Sequence record: OR352947.1 | From: Escherichia phage AV117 | DNA: 64,000 nt | Reading direction: 5' to 3' (one strand) | In this document: positions 55,901-64,000 of the stretch, piece by piece | How the letters are laid out: the number at the start of each line of letters is the position of its first letter | Numbering within the stretch: the stretch's first letter is position 1 | Notes under the pieces: model-generated | The model's input: only the letters and a program-made list of their open reading frames with translations | What the model was told of the DNA's origin: nothing | Databases searched by the model: none | Program-made: the position numbers and the translations under genes

Positions 55901-57705
55901 TGAAACAAAATATTAAAATCGGTAACGTCGTTGATGACGGACAAGGCGATTACCTTCGTCGAGGTGGTGAAAAAATAAATGAGAACTTTGACGAAATCTA
56001 TTATGAATTAGGTGATGGTGAAGTTCCTTATGCCGCTGGTGCATGGAAGACTTATGATGCGGCTGATGGTCTTAATCTTAATGCCGCTTGGGGTAAATCT
56101 TATGCAATTAATACTACTTCTGGGCGAGTTTCGGTAAATCTTCCTAAAGGGACAATTGCAGACTATAATAAAGTTATTCGTGCTCGTGACGTATTTGCAA
56201 CTTGGAACATTAACCCTGTTACTTTAATTCCGGCAAACGGAGACACGATTAAAGGTTCTTCATCTCCGGTAGAAATTAACGTTCAGTTCTCTGATTTAGA
56301 ATTAGTTTATTGTGCTCCTGGACGTTGGGAATACATCAAGAACAAACAAATTGATAAAATAGTTAGCTCTGACATTAGTAATGTTGCTCGTAGAGAATAT
56401 CTGGTTGAAACCCAAGGTCAGACCGATTTCATGGATGTTTTTAACGGGACCTCTTATAACGTTAATAACATTCGCGTAAAACATCGTGGCAACGAATTGT
56501 ATTATGGTGATGTATTCAGTGATAATAGTGATTTTGGTTCTCCAGGCGCTAATCCTGGTGAACTGGTTGCACTTGATGGATTTAATATTAGATTACGTCA
56601 ACCATGTAATGTTGGCGACACTGTACAAATTGAGACATTCTTAGATGGTGTTTCTCAGTGGCGTAGTTCATATACTCGTCGCCAAGTTCGCATTTTAGAC
56701 AGTAAATTGACCGCTAAAAAGTCTATTGATGGAAGTATTTACGTCACCGATTTGAGTACGTTCCGGTCTATTCCATTTACAGCATTTGGTATTAATCCTA
56801 CAGAACCACCTAACCCGAATTCGTTAGAAGTTCGCTTCAATGGTATTCTCCAAGAATTAGCTGGTACTGTTGGAACTCCTATTTTCCGTTGTGAAGGTGT
56901 GGATGCTGATTCTGAAGAGTCATGCGCTAATCTCGGCGGGACATGGACTCAATCGTATACAGATTATGCGATTGAATACACTGATAATATCCCTAGCGCA
57001 ATTCTGTTTGACCGTCAATTTGAAGACCAAGACATTATTACCATCACATGGTTTAATAACGATTTAGGAACTCTTCTTGAAATGGAAGAAATCCTTGATG
57101 TCGCTGATGAGAAATATGTTTCTCAAGGGTCTAACATTGAAATTACTGGTGACGTTGCATTAACCGATTTCGATAAAATTGGATGGCCTAATGTAGAACC
57201 TGTTCCTAAGTATGAACGTGAATTCTCGACTATCTCAGCAATATTTGATACAATTTATCCTGTCGGGACTATTTACGAAAATGCGGTTAACCCTAATAAT
57301 CCGGCAACTTATTTAGGTTTTGGTTCGTGGAAAATTTGGGGACAAGGCAAAGTATTAGCAGGTTGGAATGATGACGCGTCGGATCCTAATTTTGCATTAA
57401 ATAATAATGACCTTGACGTCAATGGTAACCCTACTCATACCGCAGGTGGGACCGTCGGTGTAACAACCATCACATTAGAAAATGCTGATTTACCAGCTAC
57501 ACAAACCGATGAAAAGGTTCTTATTTCTGATGATAATGGTACAGTAATTATAGGCGGTTGCCAATATGACCCAGATGAAGAAGGTCCTATTTACACTAAA
57601 TATCGTGAAGACCGTGCAAAGACTAATGGATCTCATGTTCCAGCGCGTTCTATAACTAATATTCAGCCATCTATAACTGTATACCGTTGGGTAAGGATTG
57701 CATAA
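55900..57705 (+). CDS. 10: Baseplate wedge and tail pin gp10
   Basis: 601 aa; shares the N-terminal motif with gp9 ([28 protein letters not shown]). Confidence 0.9.
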   Translation: MKQNIKIGNVVDDGQGDYLRRGGEKINENFDEIYYELGDGEVPYAAGAWKTYDAADGLNLNAAWGKSYAINTTSGRVSVNLPKGTIADYNKVIRARDVFATWNINPVTLIPANGDTIKGSSSPVEINVQFSDLELVYCAPGRWEYIKNKQIDKIVSSDISNVARREYLVETQGQTDFMDVFNGTSYNVNNIRVKHRGNELYYGDVFSDNSDFGSPGANPGELVALDGFNIRLRQPCNVGDTVQIETFLDGVSQWRSSYTRRQVRILDSKLTAKKSIDGSIYVTDLSTFRSIPFTAFGINPTEPPNPNSLEVRFNGILQELAGTVGTPIFRCEGVDADSEESCANLGGTWTQSYTDYAIEYTDNIPSAILFDRQFEDQDIITITWFNNDLGTLLEMEEILDVADEKYVSQGSNIEITGDVALTDFDKIGWPNVEPVPKYEREFSTISAIFDTIYPVGTIYENAVNPNNPATYLGFGSWKIWGQGKVLAGWNDDASDPNFALNNNDLDVNGNPTHTAGGTVGVTTITLENADLPATQTDEKVLISDDNGTVIIGGCQYDPDEEGPIYTKYREDRAKTNGSHVPARSITNIQPSITVYRWVRIA

Positions 57706-58364
57706 TGACTGTACTTAATACAAAGGCGGGAGTTATTTCCCGTCATGCTGATTTTTTGAATTACAGAAAAAATCCAGCTCAAATCGATGTTTTAAACAAC
57801 CAAGCTGTAGGTTCCGTGACTATTTCTCAGTTAGCTCGCGGTTTTTATGATGCTAACGTAGAATCTGCAATAAATGATGTCCATAATATGGCACGAGCTG
57901 ATATTGGTACTGTTGTCACAAACACTTCAGGCGTATCGCCTGAAGGTGTAGCACAAGTTGATTATTGGACTTTTTCCGGTGATGTTCTCGACGATACTTT
58001 GGACACTGGAACGCCAGTCGTTATTAACGTATTTGGACTTGCCGTTAAAGCAACAATCGGTATGACTGATAACGAATTAACGGCACAAGTTCGTATAGCT
58101 TTACAAGAGGCCATTGCTAATCAAATCGCTATTTCTTCTTATAAAGACCATCCAACTGAAGGTAATAAACTTCAGGTGACATATTTAGATAACCAACGTC
58201 ATGTGTTGCCAACATATGCTTCGTTTGGTGTAACAATTTCGCAAGAAATTTTGTCTGAAGCAAAATCCGGATACGGAACATGGAATTTATTGGGTGCCCA
58301 AACGGTTACTCTTGATAACCATGATACTCCTACCGTTTTCTACCACTTTGTGAGAGCCTCATGA
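57705..58364 (+). CDS. 11: Baseplate wedge and tail pin gp11
   Basis: 219 aa from ATG 57705 (TAATG overlap with the gp10 stop). Confidence 0.85.
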   Translation: MTVLNTKAGVISRHADFLNYRKNPAQIDVLNNQAVGSVTISQLARGFYDANVESAINDVHNMARADIGTVVTNTSGVSPEGVAQVDYWTFSGDVLDDTLDTGTPVVINVFGLAVKATIGMTDNELTAQVRIALQEAIANQIAISSYKDHPTEGNKLQVTYLDNQRHVLPTYASFGVTISQEILSEAKSGYGTWNLLGAQTVTLDNHDTPTVFYHFVRAS

Positions 58365-59944
58365 GTAATAACAATACATACCAACACGTTTCAAACGAAT
58401 CCATTTACGTTGAATTCGACCCTACGGGGACGAATTTTCCAGATACAGTCACTAATGTCCAAGCCGCATTAGCTGCTATTTCTCCTTCAGGTGTTAATGG
58501 TGTACCGGAAGCAACAACTACTACACCAGGAATTATTCAAATAGCTACTCCACAAGAAGTTATTGATGGATTAGATAATAATAAAGCTGTTACTCCGGCA
58601 TCACTGAATGCTCGTCTACAATATCCTAATGCAACCGAAACTCAATATGGCTTAACTCGTTATGCTACTGAAGATGAAGCAGTAACCGGAACTATTGACG
58701 ATGCATCAATTACTCCGCTTAAATTGAATCAAAAAATAGACAATGTATTTCAGACAAAAGTGTCAACAGAAGCAACAAATGGTGTAATTAAAATTTCAAC
58801 TTCTGCTGCGGCATTAGCTGGTTCTGACGATACAACAGCAATGACTCCGTTAAAAACGCAACAATTAGCAATTAAACTTATTTCACAAATTGCTCCAAAT
58901 AATAGCGACGCCACCGAATCTATTACCGGTGTTGTTCGTTTGGCTACAGTTGCTCAAGCACAACAAGGCACCCTGCGTGAAGGCTATGCAATTTCGCCTT
59001 ATACCTTTATGAATTCAGTAGCATCAGAAACTAATAAAGGCGTTGTTAAACTAGGGACACAGACTGAAGTAAATAGTAACAACTCTTCAGTTGTAGTGAC
59101 CGGCGCAACATTAAACGGGCGTGGGGCTACAACTTCTTTACGTGGAGTTGTTCGTTTAACTACACAAGCGGGTAACCAATCAGGTGGTGATGGTTCTTCT
59201 GCTCTTGCTTGGAATGCTGATGTTATCCACCAACGAGGCGGACAAACTATTAATGGCACACTTCGCATTAATAATACGTTGACGGTTGGTTCTGGCGGCG
59301 CTAATATAACGGGCAATGTCAATATGTCCGGTGGTTATATTCAAGGCAATCGTATTGTGACTCAAAATGAATTAGACCGAATTCTTCCAGTTGGCGCTAT
59401 TACAATGTGGGCTGCAGATAGTTTACCGAGTTCTGACTGGCGCTTCTGTCATGGTGGGACCGTTTCTGCTTCAGAATGTCCGGTATATGCTTCCAGAATT
59501 GGGACACGATATGGTGGTAGTTCTTCTAACCCAGGCTTGCCTGATATGCGTGGATTATTTGTTCGTGGCTCAGGTCGTGGCTCTCACTTAACAAATCCAA
59601 ATGTTAATGGTAATGACCAGTTTGGTAAGCCTAGATTAGGTGTAGGTTGTACTGGTGGATATGTTGGTGAAGTACAGAAACAACAGATGTCTTATCATAA
59701 ACACGCTGGCGGATTTGGTGAGCATGATGATTCTGGAGCATTCGGTAATACCCGTAGATCAAATTTTGTTGGTACACGTAAAGGACTTGACTGGGATAAC
59801 CGTTCATACTTCACCAATGACGGATATGAAATTGACCCGGCATCACAACGAAATTCCAAATATACATTAAATCGTCCTGAATTAATTGGAAATGAAACAC
59901 GTCCATGGAACATTTCTTTAAACTATATCATTAAGGTAAAATAA
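58361..59944 (+). CDS. 12: Short tail fiber gp12
   Basis: 527 aa, same length as T4 gp12; [14 protein letters not shown]...; C-terminal receptor-binding region ...[18 protein letters not shown]. Confidence 0.9.
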   Translation: MSNNNTYQHVSNESIYVEFDPTGTNFPDTVTNVQAALAAISPSGVNGVPEATTTTPGIIQIATPQEVIDGLDNNKAVTPASLNARLQYPNATETQYGLTRYATEDEAVTGTIDDASITPLKLNQKIDNVFQTKVSTEATNGVIKISTSAAALAGSDDTTAMTPLKTQQLAIKLISQIAPNNSDATESITGVVRLATVAQAQQGTLREGYAISPYTFMNSVASETNKGVVKLGTQTEVNSNNSSVVVTGATLNGRGATTSLRGVVRLTTQAGNQSGGDGSSALAWNADVIHQRGGQTINGTLRINNTLTVGSGGANITGNVNMSGGYIQGNRIVTQNELDRILPVGAITMWAADSLPSSDWRFCHGGTVSASECPVYASRIGTRYGGSSSNPGLPDMRGLFVRGSGRGSHLTNPNVNGNDQFGKPRLGVGCTGGYVGEVQKQQMSYHKHAGGFGEHDDSGAFGNTRRSNFVGTRKGLDWDNRSYFTNDGYEIDPASQRNSKYTLNRPELIGNETRPWNISLNYIIKVK

Positions 59945-61392
59945 TGGCTGATATAACTCTGGTAGATTTACCATATGTTGACGGCCCGCCAGACGCGGGT
60001 CAGAGTCGTATTGAATGGATTAAAAACGATGAAGAAATAACAGGTGCTGACACAAAATACGGTTCTGAAGGTGTAATGAACCGTCCTATTGTTGAAGTTC
60101 AACGTAACGTAGAAGCGTTAGATGTTAATATTAAAACTATAGCATCTTCTCTGAATACGGCCAATGAAGATATAAAAGCTATTCAAGGTATTTTAAATGT
60201 TTCTGGGGATGTTGATGCTCTTGCACAGATAGGCCAGAACACTCAAGATATTGATGTCATTAAAGTCACAGTTCAAACCCATGCTAGTGAATTGACTGAT
60301 TTGAATAAACATATTGATGCGAATACTGATGATATTGGTGTTTATAATCAGGAAACAGATTCAGTTTATAGAACTGTTCGTAACGACCTGCTTTGGATTA
60401 AAAATGAATTAGGACAATATACCGGTCAAGATATTAATGGGGTTCCTACTCCAGGAAATGATAGCACCGGTATGAAACGCCGTATTATGACTAATAGCTC
60501 CGTAATTGTTGACCACGGTGTTCGATTAACTGATTTAGAAACTAAATTTGCTGATTCTGACGTCGGCTCTTTAACTAATGAAGTCGAACACTTGCGCGAA
60601 GAAATGGGACCTCGCACTTCTTTCACTACTCCAGTATTTAGTCGTCTTTCCGGTATTGATTTAACTTTGTCGCGTCAAAATGCTGACTTGGATGGCATTA
60701 AACAGTCTATTGGGTATCCTAATACGACTTCTATTATCACTACCACTAATGCAAATAGTTCAGCAATAAACGACATTAATCTTGAGCTCAATCAATCAGG
60801 TGGTATTAAACCTCGTTTGACTACAGTAGAAACTGCCATTGGCGCTGATGATTTGCCTACTACAATCCAAGGACGTATTAAACTCAATACTGATGCTATC
60901 GGAGCATTGAACACTGTTGTCGGCTCTGATTCTTCGTCAGGACTGCGTTTTAATGTGTCATGGTTAAATAACGTAGTTGGTGTTGACGCTTCAGGTGGGA
61001 AACCGGAACCAGACGGCTCTTTGCTTTATCGTACTCGAGCGCTTGAAGGATCTATCGGTGAGATGAGTAATGACATTCAGAACATTCAAACTGATGTTGG
61101 GACTAATGCCACAGGGATTAAGGGTTCTGTAAACACATTAAATACTCTTATAAATGGCACCAACCCAAATGGTTCGACTGTTGAAGAACGTGGTATATTG
61201 CCTACAGTTAAAAGTCATGATACGACAATTAATGGTTTAACTTCTAGAATTGCTACTCTTGAAACTGATTTGGCCGCTGCAGAAGCCGAAATCCAAACTC
61301 TTAAGGACGCTGGATATATTGAAGATGCTCCTTCAGACGGTAAATTCTATGTTCGCAAAGACGGTGCATGGGTTGAACTTCCTACAGCTTAA
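59944..61392 (+). CDS. wac: Fibritin (whisker antigen control)
   Basis: 482 aa; long coiled-coil segments; C-terminal foldon GYIEDAPSDGKFYVRKDGAWVELPTA. Confidence 0.9.
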   Translation: MADITLVDLPYVDGPPDAGQSRIEWIKNDEEITGADTKYGSEGVMNRPIVEVQRNVEALDVNIKTIASSLNTANEDIKAIQGILNVSGDVDALAQIGQNTQDIDVIKVTVQTHASELTDLNKHIDANTDDIGVYNQETDSVYRTVRNDLLWIKNELGQYTGQDINGVPTPGNDSTGMKRRIMTNSSVIVDHGVRLTDLETKFADSDVGSLTNEVEHLREEMGPRTSFTTPVFSRLSGIDLTLSRQNADLDGIKQSIGYPNTTSIITTTNANSSAINDINLELNQSGGIKPRLTTVETAIGADDLPTTIQGRIKLNTDAIGALNTVVGSDSSSGLRFNVSWLNNVVGVDASGGKPEPDGSLLYRTRALEGSIGEMSNDIQNIQTDVGTNATGIKGSVNTLNTLINGTNPNGSTVEERGILPTVKSHDTTINGLTSRIATLETDLAAAEAEIQTLKDAGYIEDAPSDGKFYVRKDGAWVELPTA

Positions 61393-61398
61393 TGAAAA

Positions 61399-61412
61399 GG
61401 GCCTTCGGGCCC
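61399..61412 (+). other. RNA hairpin GGGCC-UUCG-GGCCC between wac and gene 13 (no U-tract)
   Basis: GC stem with UUCG tetraloop; shares the ccTAAAGG flank with the minus-strand UUCG hairpins. Confidence 0.4.
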
Positions 61413-61424
61413 TAAAGGATTTAT

Positions 61425-62351
61425 ATGTCAGGTTATAATGCACAAAACCCTAAAGAATTAAAGGACGTAATATTACGTCGTTTAGGCGCTCCTATTGTAA
61501 ATGTTGAATTAACTACAGATCAAATTTATGATTGTATTTCACGAGCGTTAGAACTTTATGGTGAATACCATTTTGACGGGTTGAATAAAGGTTTCCATGT
61601 ATTTTTTGTTGATGATGAAGAAAAATACCGTCACGGCGTATTTGATATGCGTGGTTCTAACGTATTTGCTGTAACAAGAATTATAAGAACAAACGTTGGC
61701 TCTATTACTTCAATGGACGGTAATGCAACTTATCCATGGTTCACTGATTTTCTTTTAGGAATGGCCGGTGTTTCAGGTGGTATGGGTAGTAATTGCGGTA
61801 AATTCTACGGCCCGAACGCTTTTGGCGCTGATCTCGGGTATTATTCTCAATTAGTATCTTATATGGGTATGCTTCAAGATATGATTGCTCCTCTTCCAGA
61901 TTTTTGGTTTAACTCTGCAAACGAGCAATTAAAAGTAATGGGTAACTTTAGACAGAAAGATGTCATTATCGTTGAATCATATGTTCGCTCTTATATCGAG
62001 ACCAATAAGATGGTAGGAAATACAGTAGGGTACGGTCAAGTAGGTCCTCGTGATTCATGGTCTATTTCTGAACGTTATGATAATCCAGACCATAATTTGG
62101 TCGGACGTCGAGTTGGTGAAGATCCTGCAACTAAACAAGGCGCATATAACAACCGCTGGGTTAAAGATTATGCAACTGCATTAGCTAAAGAGCTTAATGG
62201 ACAAATTCTTGCTAAACATCAAGGTATGATGTTACCGGGTGGCGTCACTGTTGACGGTGTTCGATTAATTGAAGAAGCTCGTTTAGAGAAAGAAGCTTTA
62301 CGAGAAGAGTTATATTTACTGGACCCTCCTGCAGGTATTTTGGTAGGTTAA
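61425..62351 (+). CDS. 13: Neck protein gp13
   Basis: 308-aa ORF following wac. Confidence 0.85.
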   Translation: MSGYNAQNPKELKDVILRRLGAPIVNVELTTDQIYDCISRALELYGEYHFDGLNKGFHVFFVDDEEKYRHGVFDMRGSNVFAVTRIIRTNVGSITSMDGNATYPWFTDFLLGMAGVSGGMGSNCGKFYGPNAFGADLGYYSQLVSYMGMLQDMIAPLPDFWFNSANEQLKVMGNFRQKDVIIVESYVRSYIETNKMVGNTVGYGQVGPRDSWSISERYDNPDHNLVGRRVGEDPATKQGAYNNRWVKDYATALAKELNGQILAKHQGMMLPGGVTVDGVRLIEEARLEKEALREELYLLDPPAGILVG

Positions 62352-62352
62352 T

Positions 62353-63117
62353 ATGGCAACTTATGATAAAAATCTTTTCGCCAAACTAGAAAATAGTGGT
62401 GGGTATTCTCAGACAAATGAGACTGAAATTCTCAATCCATTTGTCAATTTTAATAACTATGAGAATAGTCAGACATTAGCCGATGTTCTAGTGGCAGAAA
62501 GCATACAGATGCGCGGTATTGAATGTTTTTATGTTCCACGTGAATATGTTGCCGTGGACCTTATCTTTGGTGAGGACCTTAAAAATAAATTTACTAAAGC
62601 ATGGAAATTTGCTGCATATCTGAACTCTTTTGAAGGTTATGAAGGAGCGAAATCGTTCTTCAGCAACTTCGGAATGCAAGTTCAAGACGAAGTTACATTA
62701 TCTATTAACCCAGGTCTTTTCAAACACCAGGTCAACAATCAGGAGCCCAAGGAAGGTGATTTAATATACTTCCCAATGGATAACAGTTTGTTTGAGATTA
62801 ACTGGGTTGAACCATATGACCCATTCTATCAAGTAGGTAAAAATGCGATTCGTAAAATTACTGCAGGCAAGTTTATTTACTCTGGCGAAGAAATCAATCC
62901 GGTGCTTCAGAAAAATGAAGGTATCAATATACCTGAATTTAGTGACTTGGAACTTAACCCTGTTAGAAATCTTGACGGTATCCATGACATTAATATCGAT
63001 GAATATTCTGAAGTTGAGCAAATCAATTCAGAGGCAAGTGAATACGTTGAGCCGTATGTAGTAGTTAACAACCGTGGTAGACAAAATTCACCATTTGACG
63101 ATGGGTTTATGAATTAA
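62353..63117 (+). CDS. 14: Neck protein gp14
   Basis: 254-aa ORF. Confidence 0.85.
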   Translation: MATYDKNLFAKLENSGGYSQTNETEILNPFVNFNNYENSQTLADVLVAESIQMRGIECFYVPREYVAVDLIFGEDLKNKFTKAWKFAAYLNSFEGYEGAKSFFSNFGMQVQDEVTLSINPGLFKHQVNNQEPKEGDLIYFPMDNSLFEINWVEPYDPFYQVGKNAIRKITAGKFIYSGEEINPVLQKNEGINIPEFSDLELNPVRNLDGIHDINIDEYSEVEQINSEASEYVEPYVVVNNRGRQNSPFDDGFMN

Positions 63118-63140
63118 TAAATAGATAAGATAAAGCAAAC

Positions 63141-63158
63141 ACCGGTCGAAAGGCCGGT
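63141..63158 (+). other. RNA hairpin ACCGGUC-GAAA-GGCCGGU (GNRA tetraloop) in the 14-15 intergenic region
   Basis: 7-bp stem (one G-U pair) just upstream of SD AGGAGAA. Confidence 0.4.
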
Positions 63159-63169
63159 TAGGAGAAATG

Positions 63170-63991
63170 ATGTTTGGTTATTTTTACAACTCGTCGTTCA
63201 GGCGATATATCACAATGATGGGCGATTTGTTTTCAAATATCCAAGTTAACCGTCAATTGTCTACAGGCAATAAATTAATTAGAGTTCCTATTACGTACGC
63301 ATCTAAAGAGCACTTTATGATGAAACTTAATAAATGGACCTCTATAAACTCACAAGAAGATGTGGCTAAAGTCGAAACTATTCTACCACGTATAAATCTC
63401 CAAATGGTAGATTTCGTTTATAACCCAACGTTTAAAACGAATATATTGAATAACTCTCTTTTGAGTAAATCGACTAAGGATATTGTAGACCAATACAACC
63501 CATCACCAATTAAAATGATTTTTGAACTGAGCATCTTTACTCGTTATGAAGATGATATGTTCCAAATCGTTGAGCAAATTATTCCATATTTTCAGCCGCA
63601 TTTTAATACGACTATGATTGAGCAATATGGGCAGGATATTCCATTTGAAAGGGATATTAAAGTCGTATGGATGGCAGCAGCAATGGATGAACAAATAGAC
63701 GGTGATAATTTATCCCGTCGACGTTTAGAGTGGTCATTAACATTTGAAGTAAATGGATGGATGTATCCTCCGGTAGGCGCAGCAGAAGGCCTTATTAAAA
63801 CGACTTATCTTGATTTTCATGCTAATGAACGAGACCTTCAAACGGCCGCCAGTGTTTTTGAATCAGTTGATACAGAAATTAAACCGAGAGACGTTGAAGC
63901 ACAAGATTGGAATGGTGAAGTTGAACAAACTTATACTCATGATATTCCAATCCCGACTCCACCAACCCCTCCTGGTCCTAGAAAACAATAA
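63170..63991 (+). CDS. 15: Tail sheath stabiliser / tail completion protein gp15
   Basis: 273 aa from the second ATG (MFGYFYNSSFRRY...), which has better SD spacing. Confidence 0.85.
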   Translation: MFGYFYNSSFRRYITMMGDLFSNIQVNRQLSTGNKLIRVPITYASKEHFMMKLNKWTSINSQEDVAKVETILPRINLQMVDFVYNPTFKTNILNNSLLSKSTKDIVDQYNPSPIKMIFELSIFTRYEDDMFQIVEQIIPYFQPHFNTTMIEQYGQDIPFERDIKVVWMAAAMDEQIDGDNLSRRRLEWSLTFEVNGWMYPPVGAAEGLIKTTYLDFHANERDLQTAASVFESVDTEIKPRDVEAQDWNGEVEQTYTHDIPIPTPPTPPGPRKQ

Positions 63992-64000
63992 GAGGTAAAT

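Overview
This window is a 64-kb stretch of a T4-like (Tevenvirinae-type) myovirus genome; all calls rest on reading the translated ORFs, motifs and synteny by eye, with no database search run. Positions 1-45696 are a dense minus-strand block of early/middle genes in T4 order: clamp loader 44 (partial), clamp 45, rpbA, 46/47 recombination nuclease, late sigma factor 55, anaerobic RNR nrdH-nrdG-nrdD, endonuclease VII (49), nrdC, rI, tk, regB, denV, lysozyme e, nudE, two tRNAs, 57B/57A, dNMP kinase (1), and 3, 2, 4. Positions 45758-63991 are plus-strand late structural genes 53, 5, 5.1, 5.4, 6, 7, 8, 9, 10, 11, 12, wac, 13, 14, 15. Differences from T4 itself: no alpha-glucosyltransferase between 47 and 55, no intron in nrdD, no recognisable homing endonucleases, and only two tRNAs. 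The accessory regions between conserved genes hold the most interesting content: a nucleotidyltransferase-fold gene in a three-gene cassette, a TARG1-like macrodomain gene, a GrcA homologue whose C-terminus looks host-identical, at least six capsid-targeting-sequence (internal protein) genes, several small paralogous families sharing C-terminal motifs, and more than 20 early promoters embedded in palindromes that recur as near-identical ~40-bp cassettes. No CRISPR array, integrase or transposase was seen.
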